DNA from: Deinococcales bacterium
Lineage (GTDB): Bacteria; Deinococcota; Deinococci; Deinococcales; JAAFIG01
Direction of reading: 5' to 3'
DNA: 64,000 bases
Assembly: GCA_031414595.1 (NCBI GenBank)
Contig: JANNVX010000082.1
Span: forward strand, 1 to 64,000
The number at the start of each line of letters is the position of its first letter. The stretch's first letter is position 1. The notes under the pieces are model-generated. The model made no database searches, was not told the origin of the DNA, and was given only the letters and a program-made list of their open reading frames with translations. The position numbers and the translations under genes were made by a program. Below are positions 56,664-64,000 of this stretch, in pieces.

Positions 56664-58295
56664 ATGAAACGACCCCGAGCGCCGCTTCTTGACAGTCTGA
56701 ACAGCACTCGAGCCTTGTTGCACAACCAACAAACCAACCTCGCCCAAGAAGTCATCCAAAACGCCATTGATCAAATAAAAACCAGTAACCAGTGGCAGCA
56801 AATCAAAACTATTTTTGACGAATTCCCATTTTTGGTACAATCTTGGCAAGACATTTATTGCCAAACCCTGACTGGAATACGAAATACCAATGCCATTCTC
56901 GAGTTTACCAAAACCATGCCAACCGATCAAACAACCGCTATTTGCCTACTCGAGCGGGCTTGGGCTTTGCTTCAAGTCGAAAATTATTCGGCAGCCCAGC
57001 AAATTCTGCTACAAGTGATTCCGCATTTAAGTAGTGATCGTTTAGGTGTAGCCCATAAGCGCCTTGGTTTAGCCCAATTTCATTTGCAACTTAATTGGCA
57101 AAACCACTTTGAACAAGCAGCTAGTTTACTCAGTGGACGATTGCTTGGCTTAACTTTAATTGACCATGCTTGGTGCGCCCAACAATCAGGCAAATTAGAC
57201 AGTGCCAATACACTACTAACCCAAGCCCTACCCAAACTGCGTGGTGATCAATATCACCTTGCTTGGGCGCGTTACAATCTTGGTGAAATTACAATCCGCA
57301 CCATGAATCCAGATGCAGAACGCCATTACCTCGAAGCTGAAAAACTCAGCCGACAATCAGAAGCCAAATCATTTCGCTCTCGAGCCTTACAAGGCATTGC
57401 CAAATGGCGCAGATACAACCAAGACTTTACACGCGCCGAAGCTGCATATCGCCAAGCCATAGAAACCGCCATTGAAGACAATGATCTACGGGCTGCCTAC
57501 TGGAGTTTAGGGCGTACATTGCGATTGCAACATCGCTACCAAGAAGCCCTCGAGACCCTTGAACACGCCAGACAAGTACAAGCCACCACAGGCATAGAAA
57601 TTGAAATAGCAGCTTGTCAATTGGCACTGGGGCGTTTCCAAGATTTCAAATCAGCCTTGCATGAACCGTACCGTAGCATAGGTTTGATTTTACGTGCCGA
57701 ATTTGCCAGGCAAAACAAAAACGGTGCGATGGCACTGGAATTACTTGCCCAAGTTGACTTTTCGAGCTTAAATGCCAAAGAAGAAATAAGGATTTGGATA
57801 GACTTGCGAACATTTGCCAGCCTTGCAGGAATTGTAATTCCATCAGCTTCACAACCACAACAAGTCAACACAGTCGAAGTACAGGCTTGTGGGGTTTTAC
57901 AGGTGGTGGTCAACCGCTCAAAGATTGCCTTAAAACCAACCGGACGAATTGGCGAATTGCTTGTTTTGTTACTCGAGCTTGGCGGATTTGCCCATGTGGA
58001 AAAAATCATAGAGAACTTATACCCAACAGAAAAAGAAGCCAAGAATAAAAAAAGTGCTGTCTGGGATTTGGTTAAACGTTTGCGCTTAGCATTGGGCTGG
58101 AAAGACAGTATTTTGGTTTTAGGCAACACCATTCAGCTCGAGACAAGCACGAACTGGATTTATGATGTAAGCCTAGCTCGAGATTCAAAAACACCACGAG
58201 CTTTTCTCGAGGGAGTTCGCAGTGACTGGGCATTGGATGTGGCTTTAGAGCTTGGAACACTGGGTTTAGAGACTCGAGAGCGGTATTTGAATTGA
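56664..58295 (+). CDS. TPR-repeat protein with C-terminal OmpR/SARP-like winged helix (putative peptide-sensing regulator)
   Basis: Multiple TPRs (AWARYNLGE, AYWSLGRTLR..YQEALETLE); C-terminal VQACGVLQV..ELLVLLLE..IIENLYP..VKRLRLALG; TAGACT 5 nt before ATG. Confidence 0.8.
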   Translation: MKRPRAPLLDSLNSTRALLHNQQTNLAQEVIQNAIDQIKTSNQWQQIKTIFDEFPFLVQSWQDIYCQTLTGIRNTNAILEFTKTMPTDQTTAICLLERAWALLQVENYSAAQQILLQVIPHLSSDRLGVAHKRLGLAQFHLQLNWQNHFEQAASLLSGRLLGLTLIDHAWCAQQSGKLDSANTLLTQALPKLRGDQYHLAWARYNLGEITIRTMNPDAERHYLEAEKLSRQSEAKSFRSRALQGIAKWRRYNQDFTRAEAAYRQAIETAIEDNDLRAAYWSLGRTLRLQHRYQEALETLEHARQVQATTGIEIEIAACQLALGRFQDFKSALHEPYRSIGLILRAEFARQNKNGAMALELLAQVDFSSLNAKEEIRIWIDLRTFASLAGIVIPSASQPQQVNTVEVQACGVLQVVVNRSKIALKPTGRIGELLVLLLELGGFAHVEKIIENLYPTEKEAKNKKSAVWDLVKRLRLALGWKDSILVLGNTIQLETSTNWIYDVSLARDSKTPRAFLEGVRSDWALDVALELGTLGLETRERYLN

Positions 58296-58399
58296 GTGTA
58301 TGCCACTCAGATAATATAGTTTATTTTGTTTTTAACAGAACGCTCCATGAATGCTTGAAGGTAGTTTGTAGAATATAGCACCAAATTAAAGGAGGTCTC

Positions 58400-58462
58400 A
58401 TGGCGTATATTCACGATTTGGCAGGGGTTGCTCGAGATATATGGGTGGTGCATCATGGCTGA
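58400..58462 (+). CDS. 20-codon upstream ORF overlapping the cas10 start
   Basis: AAGGAGG RBS; MAYIHDLAGVARDIWVVHHG*; stop overlaps the start of cas10 (ATG 58455). Confidence 0.45.
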   Translation: MAYIHDLAGVARDIWVVHHG

Positions 58463-60314
58463 TTATTTGCTTTTGATTGCCCTCGGACCTGTGCAGGACT
58501 TTATCATGACTGCCCGAAGAACAAGGGATTTGTGGTTTGGGAGTTATTTGTTAAGTGAATGCAGCAAGGCAACTGCAAAGACACTTAAAGATGGTGGCGC
58601 GGAATTGATTTTTCCAAGTCCAGTAGACCCTGAAAAAGACCTCAAACCGAATCGACCCGATGGTTTAGGTGTCGTCAATAATGTGTTGGTTCGTGTGGAA
58701 ACGGATGAACAAGGCATTGTTGAATTGGTGAAAAAAGCACAAGAATCATCGCAAAACCAGATTACAATTCTCTTTGAAGCAATTCTGAAGCGTCTTAAAA
58801 AACACGACCTTAATAATCGTTTAGACGAGCAGACCGCTAAAAAGCAACTTGACGATCTGTTGGAATTTCAATGGCTTGCTGTTCCGATTAATGGCAACTA
58901 CCAAAAAGCCAGAGAACAGGCTTCTGAATTGATGGCTGCTCGCAAAACCACTAGAAATTTCAAGGCTGTATCTTGGATGTCAGACGAAATTGGAATCCGT
59001 CCAAAATCAAGTCTCGATGGCGCAAGAGAAGCAGTTACAGAGGGATTAACCCCAAGATCACGTCGAATCAATGGTATGCGCGGCTCTGAGAATCTGTGTG
59101 GTGTTGGGGTTTTAAAACGAATGGGCGCACGAGGACTACAAATTGACGGTACACCATCGGATCGGTTTTTCTCGACTTCTCATGTTGCGGCACTGCCACT
59201 AATTCGTAGGATGACGGAAAAACATACTCAAGCCGTCACAACTTACCTTGGCACTTTGCAAGACATTGAACCGAATATTGAACTTGGTTATGTGCCAAGT
59301 AAGCCTCGAGCTGGCTTTGGAAATTATGATGGGCATCTTCTGTTCGAGTCAAGACTAAAAGAATATATGACTAGCTATCAACTGACTGAGCCAGAACAAA
59401 GAGCTGAAATTGATGAAAAGACCAAATTAGCATCACTAGCCCTTAAAACACTTTTTGATACCACGGGGCTTCCATCTCCGATGCCATACTATGCGCTTTT
59501 CCATGCCGATGGCGACCGAATGGGCGAAGCCATCAGTAGCCCTCACTTAGAAGAGCAGTTTAAGGTCAAAGGGCATTTAGAAAGGCATAAAGCACTCTCT
59601 TCCAAACTGAGTGAGTTTGCTGGTTCAGTGCGTGAAATTGTCGAACGACATTGGGGATCATTGGTTTTTTCTGGCGGAGACGATGTTTTGGCGTTTCTCC
59701 CACTTGATACAGCACTTGAGTGTGTCAAGGAATTAGCCGAAAAATTCAAAGTGTCGCTGCAAGACTTTAAGAACAAAGATGGAGAAGCCCCAACACTATC
59801 TGGCGGTTTGGTGATTGCCCATCACCTTGATACACTTTCAGAAACGCTGCAACTGGCTCGATCTGGTGAAAAAATTGCCAAGAGTATCCAAGGTAAACAT
59901 GCCCTTGCCATCACCCTATGTAAGCGAAGTGGTGCAGATCGAACCATCAAAGGACATTTTACCGATTTGGCGGGAGAATCAGATTTCCCTAAACGAATCG
60001 CATTTTTTACCGATTTGCACCGCAGTGATTCAATTCCAGATGGAGCAGCTTATGAACTTCAAAAGTTGGCTCGAGACTTATCAGGTCTAGATCTCGAAGT
60101 GGCAAAACGCAAAGAAGCCAGCCGGATTTTGAAACGTAAACGTGCCAAAAGTGGAACAGAATTGGTTGATACAAATATGCGCCAAGAGCTTGAAACATAC
60201 TTAAATAACAATACTTTAGAGGACATTGCTCAAGAGATCATTGTTGCAAAAATCTTCGCCCAAGCAGCAGACATAGCAAACGGCAAATTTCAGGTATCCG
60301 AGGTGAACGCATGA
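58455..60314 (+). CDS. cas10: Type III-B Cas10/Cmr2 (no HD domain, intact GGDD)
   Basis: GPVQDFI..ARRTRDLWFGSYLLS, YYALFHADGDRMG, FSGGDDVLAF, LSGGLVIAH. Confidence 0.96.
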   Translation: MADYLLLIALGPVQDFIMTARRTRDLWFGSYLLSECSKATAKTLKDGGAELIFPSPVDPEKDLKPNRPDGLGVVNNVLVRVETDEQGIVELVKKAQESSQNQITILFEAILKRLKKHDLNNRLDEQTAKKQLDDLLEFQWLAVPINGNYQKAREQASELMAARKTTRNFKAVSWMSDEIGIRPKSSLDGAREAVTEGLTPRSRRINGMRGSENLCGVGVLKRMGARGLQIDGTPSDRFFSTSHVAALPLIRRMTEKHTQAVTTYLGTLQDIEPNIELGYVPSKPRAGFGNYDGHLLFESRLKEYMTSYQLTEPEQRAEIDEKTKLASLALKTLFDTTGLPSPMPYYALFHADGDRMGEAISSPHLEEQFKVKGHLERHKALSSKLSEFAGSVREIVERHWGSLVFSGGDDVLAFLPLDTALECVKELAEKFKVSLQDFKNKDGEAPTLSGGLVIAHHLDTLSETLQLARSGEKIAKSIQGKHALAITLCKRSGADRTIKGHFTDLAGESDFPKRIAFFTDLHRSDSIPDGAAYELQKLARDLSGLDLEVAKRKEASRILKRKRAKSGTELVDTNMRQELETYLNNNTLEDIAQEIIVAKIFAQAADIANGKFQVSEVNA

Positions 60315-61510
60315 CCTTATACATCCTCGAACCTCGAGAACCACTGATTGCCCGCGACGGTAGACCATTTGGAGCTGACCCTGGAGCTAAAGCCAGCACG
60401 TTACCGTTCCCAATGCCAAGTACCATAACAGGTGTCACCAGAACTCGAGCAGGCACTGACATGGCGACTGGTCACTTTCAGAATTCTCATGTTAGCCAAT
60501 TACTGTCACAAAGTGTGCGTGGACCAATACTGGTCAATCCAACCACCCTTGAGTTTTTTGCTCCTGCCCCCAATGACGCGCTGATGCTTAAAGATGGCAC
60601 GATTAAATACTTGTTGCCAAAAAAATTTCCAAGAGATGTAATCAGCGACCTCGAGTCAGACTTGATGCCAATGATGTTGCAAAACCCAGAGCAAGAAAAA
60701 CCCAATGACAAAGCCCCTAAATTCTGGCGTTGGGGAGTGTTTGAACAATGGTTGCTTAAACCTGAAGAAATCAAACCAAGAACTTTCCAAGTAACTCCAG
60801 CCACACAGCAAACAAAGGCAGAAGTCAAATCAACTGATCCTGAGAATTTGTTGATTGGTTTTAAAGCACTACCTGTTCAAACCCGCTCTCATGTCAGCCT
60901 AGACCATGATTCGCAAACAGCAATCAATAGTGCATTATTTCAAACCAGTGGACTCGAGTTTATCCATCAGTCCGCTCAACTCTCGAGTGCCACACCGTTA
61001 GCATTAGCTATTGAAACCAGTTTAGATATTCCAAACCAGATTGCCCCTGCTGGTGGCGAACGCCGTTTAGTGCGTTGGGAAAAACAACATGGTCAACTCC
61101 CACAAGCACCACAAGGTTTACTCGAGCAGATTAAATCAGACCAAGCCTGCCGCGTGATCTTACTCACTCCAGCTCATTTCCAGCAAGGGTATCGCCCTAC
61201 GTGGTTGCTAGAAGGATTAACCAATCACGGGATCAATACCCACCTCAAAGCTGTTGCTTGTGGAAGACCTGTGGTGGTCAGCGGTTGGGATTTTGTTAAA
61301 GATAAACCTAAACCAACCCGCCGCCTTGTACCTGCAGGCAGCGTCTATTACCTCAAGCTCGAGTTCTTAGAGAACCCTGACATAAAAAGCTGGTTGAGTG
61401 AAATTTGGCTTCAAGGTGTCAGTGACGAAGCTCAAGACCGTTTAGATGGTTTTGGCATTGCTGCAATTGGCACATGGCAGCCAGAACAGGAGGTCAGTCA
61501 TGCGTCCTAA
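60311..61510 (+). CDS. cmr3: Cmr3
   Basis: EPREPLIARDGRPF, FPMPST..G, LLTPA, SGWD..PKP..VPAGSVY, GFG. Confidence 0.95.
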   Translation: MTLYILEPREPLIARDGRPFGADPGAKASTLPFPMPSTITGVTRTRAGTDMATGHFQNSHVSQLLSQSVRGPILVNPTTLEFFAPAPNDALMLKDGTIKYLLPKKFPRDVISDLESDLMPMMLQNPEQEKPNDKAPKFWRWGVFEQWLLKPEEIKPRTFQVTPATQQTKAEVKSTDPENLLIGFKALPVQTRSHVSLDHDSQTAINSALFQTSGLEFIHQSAQLSSATPLALAIETSLDIPNQIAPAGGERRLVRWEKQHGQLPQAPQGLLEQIKSDQACRVILLTPAHFQQGYRPTWLLEGLTNHGINTHLKAVACGRPVVVSGWDFVKDKPKPTRRLVPAGSVYYLKLEFLENPDIKSWLSEIWLQGVSDEAQDRLDGFGIAAIGTWQPEQEVSHAS

Positions 61511-62813
61511 TCCATCGAGCCCCTCGAGTATCGTTAATCGTAAAACCGATGCAGAACTTGGTTTGGTGACTCAGACCAGAACGTACCAACTGATTACCCC
61601 ACTCTTTGGTGGTGGGGTTGAAGCGGGTAGAAATGATTTTGATCTACCGGTCAATGGAAAAAGTATTCGTGGACAATTGCGCTTTTGGTGGCGAGCTATT
61701 CGTGGGTACAACCAAAACATTCAACATTATTTGGACGCAGACCTTGGTCAAATTCAGAACCAAACCAAGCGTCAAGTTCGTGAGCGCCAAATAACCGCTA
61801 TGTCAGAGATAGACAAGCTGCGCTGGCTCGAGGGGCTTATTTGGGGAATGGCTGCGGGAGATGACAGGCAGCCCTCGAAGATTCAGCTTCATGTGGAAAT
61901 TCTTCAAACAGGTCACGAAATTGACTACAACAGCAACAGTAATAACGTTAAATACGGTGCTTTTCCGTTGCAAACCGCTCAGCACAAAACCATCTTAGAA
62001 GGCGTTCAGTTCAAACTGTTGCTGAGCTGTCCTCAGCACTACTGGACGGAAGTCGAAGCTGCGCTATGGGCGTGGGAGCATTTTGGGGGCATCGGAGCAA
62101 GAACCCGCCGTGGCTTTGGGGCAGTGCATTGCCAAGAAATAGATGGGATTGAGCAACAACAAACCCAAACTCAAGTTCGAGAAAGTATGGCGAAGCGACT
62201 CTCCGAATTATCCCAAAAAACATGGTGTCGAGACTTGCCCCACCTCAGCGCAGAACCAACAAGGTCAGTTTTGACCAATCAAACATGGGATGCAATGCTT
62301 GGCAAACTCAAGGCTTTTCGCCAAAGCCGTGCAAGTGGAAATCCTGCTGGGCGTAGCTATTGGACTGAACCAGATGCAGTTCGAGCTTTGTACAAACAAG
62401 GCAAATGGACATCTTCAGAAAAACATAAACACCCGTCACTTTGGAATGATCCACAAATCATTGCATTTCCTCGAGCTGCTTTTGGCTTACCAATCCTTTT
62501 CCACTTCCGCACCGACAATGATAACAAAGGTGAACCTCGAGATACGTCGTTGCAAGGATACTCCCATGACCGACTTGCCAGCCGACTTATTTTCAGACCC
62601 ATTCGCTGTAAAGAAGGCGATAAGTGTGTCGCTATTATTCTGGATGCACCTATTACACCACCAAGAGGGCTGATACTTAAGAACGCAGGTGGAAGTCCAC
62701 AAGTGCGCCACCAAGTAACAAGCGCTGAAGCTTCACGCATCGAACCACTGAAAACAAGAACTGTTGACCAAGGCGAAACCGATGTTCTCAAAGCTTTTTT
62801 GCAGTCACTATAA
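61500..62813 (+). CDS. cmr1: Cmr1
   Basis: ITPLFGGG, SIRGQLRFWWRA, GGIGARTRRGFG, FGLPI, RLAS. Confidence 0.94.
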   Translation: MRPNPSSPSSIVNRKTDAELGLVTQTRTYQLITPLFGGGVEAGRNDFDLPVNGKSIRGQLRFWWRAIRGYNQNIQHYLDADLGQIQNQTKRQVRERQITAMSEIDKLRWLEGLIWGMAAGDDRQPSKIQLHVEILQTGHEIDYNSNSNNVKYGAFPLQTAQHKTILEGVQFKLLLSCPQHYWTEVEAALWAWEHFGGIGARTRRGFGAVHCQEIDGIEQQQTQTQVRESMAKRLSELSQKTWCRDLPHLSAEPTRSVLTNQTWDAMLGKLKAFRQSRASGNPAGRSYWTEPDAVRALYKQGKWTSSEKHKHPSLWNDPQIIAFPRAAFGLPILFHFRTDNDNKGEPRDTSLQGYSHDRLASRLIFRPIRCKEGDKCVAIILDAPITPPRGLILKNAGGSPQVRHQVTSAEASRIEPLKTRTVDQGETDVLKAFLQSL

Positions 62814-62826
62814 GGAGCAAGAAATC

Positions 62827-63702
62827 ATGTCCATTCAAATGCTATTTGTTCATACCCTTTCACCACTACATGCTGGCACTGGTCAAGGTGTTGGCGCAAT
62901 TGATTTGCCTATCGCTCGAGAAAAAGCCACAAACATTCCCTACTTACCCGGCTCGAGTATCAAAGGGGTATTGCGTGACCTCGAGACAGATGCCAATATT
63001 CAACAAGCCATTTATGGTCCAAAAACCCAAAATGCCAGTGATCACGCAGGCGCAGTGCAGTTCGCTGATGCAAGGTTACTTTGCTTACCTATTCGGAGTG
63101 CGGCAGGTACATTTGCTTGGGTAACTTCGGCATTTATCCTAAGACGTTTTGAACGTGATGCAAAAGATGCACAATTTTCCACTCCCACTAACCCAATTCC
63201 AAATCCAACAGGTCAGATGTGCAGCGTCACCCAAGCCAGTCAACTTGGTATTGGTCAACAGGTCTACCTTGAGGATTTGGACTTAAACTTGACTGCATCC
63301 TCTGAAACCGACGAATGGGCAAAGAGTATTGCGATGGGTCTATTCCCCTCAGAACCTCAAGGCTGGCAAATCGAATTTATCAAACGCTTTTGTGTTGTTT
63401 CAGATGATGTGATGAGTTTTCTGCTTGAGACAGCAACCGAAGTGGTGGCACGAATTACGTTAGAAGATGAAACCAAAACAGTTAAAGAAGGTCAGTTGTG
63501 GTACGAAGAGAATTTACCTGCCGAAAGTGTTTTGGTTAGTTTAGTTATCGCCAGTGACTCGAGATTTAAGCAGCAGCAATTATCGGCAACACAGGTGATA
63601 CAGGCTGTACGATCCAAAACAAGTGGAAAAACAGTGCAGATTGGCGGCAAAGCCAATGTAGGGCGTGGTTTGTGCCGCCTGACCATGCTTGGAGGTGAAT
63701 AA
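62827..63702 (+). CDS. cmr4: Cmr4
   Basis: PLHAGTG..IDLPIARE (catalytic Asp), PGSSIKG, LWYEE.LP, QIGGKANVGRG. Confidence 0.96.
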   Translation: MSIQMLFVHTLSPLHAGTGQGVGAIDLPIAREKATNIPYLPGSSIKGVLRDLETDANIQQAIYGPKTQNASDHAGAVQFADARLLCLPIRSAAGTFAWVTSAFILRRFERDAKDAQFSTPTNPIPNPTGQMCSVTQASQLGIGQQVYLEDLDLNLTASSETDEWAKSIAMGLFPSEPQGWQIEFIKRFCVVSDDVMSFLLETATEVVARITLEDETKTVKEGQLWYEENLPAESVLVSLVIASDSRFKQQQLSATQVIQAVRSKTSGKTVQIGGKANVGRGLCRLTMLGGE

Positions 63703-63704
63703 AT

Positions 63705-64000
63705 ATGCCAACTCGAGACCAAGAACGGGCTGCAATTGCCTTCACCTGCGTTACTAAGCGTATTGGCTGGAGTCTAACTGAATGCAAAGAATATACGAAT
63801 ATGGCACGTTCAGCCAGTGCTTTGATTCGAGCTTCTGGACTAGCTCAAGCTCTTGAATTCATTGATACCCGCAGCAAAAACACACAACAAGCGGTTCTGG
63901 CAGATTTGGGACAAATCGTTTTGCGTCATACCAATCATCTGAATAAGGGTCAAGCTCTGAAAACGCAAAGCCGAAATGAAGTTCAACTTAGTAACTACAT
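63705..64000 (+). CDS. cmr5: Cmr5 (runs off the window)
   Basis: Own translation MPTRDQERAAIAF..EY..MARSASALIRASGLAQALEFI; follows cmr4. Confidence 0.9.
   Translation, partial: MPTRDQERAAIAFTCVTKRIGWSLTECKEYTNMARSASALIRASGLAQALEFIDTRSKNTQQAVLADLGQIVLRHTNHLNKGQALKTQSRNEVQLSNY

Larger units (their letters stand above)
40306..64000 (+). mobile_element. Tn7-like element downstream of pyrG; right boundary not found
   Basis: End repeats plus tnsA-tnsB; only accessory genes follow; no inverted end seen, so extent past about 43 kb is inferred. Confidence 0.55.

Noticed and set aside
56486-58295. Assigning the peptide/TPR pair to RRNPP or arbitrium proper
   Set aside because: Domain order and DNA-binding domain type differ; treated as analogous until structural homology is tested.
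40306-64000. Calling this a type III CAST
   Set aside because: No tnsC, tniQ, cas6, array or second end is visible, and cmr is 15 kb from tnsB; cargo is the simpler explanation.

Overview
Bacterial chromosomal window of moderate GC, most likely Deinococcota. That assignment is an inference from the many TANNNT -10 boxes 5-7 nt upstream of start codons (leaderless genes) and the several SARP/TPR regulators. Bases 1-40.2 kb hold housekeeping genes (folE2, ftsEX-envC, fur-family, fabH, rqcH, murI, rph, pyrG) mixed with accessory loci: a hicBA pair, a double-glycine-peptide/PCAT type I secretion cluster with its own TPR protein and S41 protease, a SARP-linked secreted-protein cluster, and a DUF4331-TPR-HupE operon. 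About 100 bp past pyrG a Tn7-like element begins (TGT end, four TnsB-site-like repeats, tnsA, tnsB). No tnsC, tniQ or second end is visible. Downstream lie WD40 and vWA-RCC1 secreted proteins, a small-gene operon, XRE regulators, a stand-alone CARF gene and a type III-B Cmr operon (cas10/cmr2, cmr3, cmr1, cmr4, cmr5) that runs off the window. The main new observation is an uncalled 43-codon gene (signal peptide plus predicted mature EDGGKVNTGG) followed by a TPR plus C-terminal winged-helix regulator directly upstream of the cmr operon. This is a candidate non-RRNPP peptide communication module controlling CRISPR immunity. CTCGAG is strongly over-represented across most of the window. No CRISPR array, tRNA or rRNA was seen.
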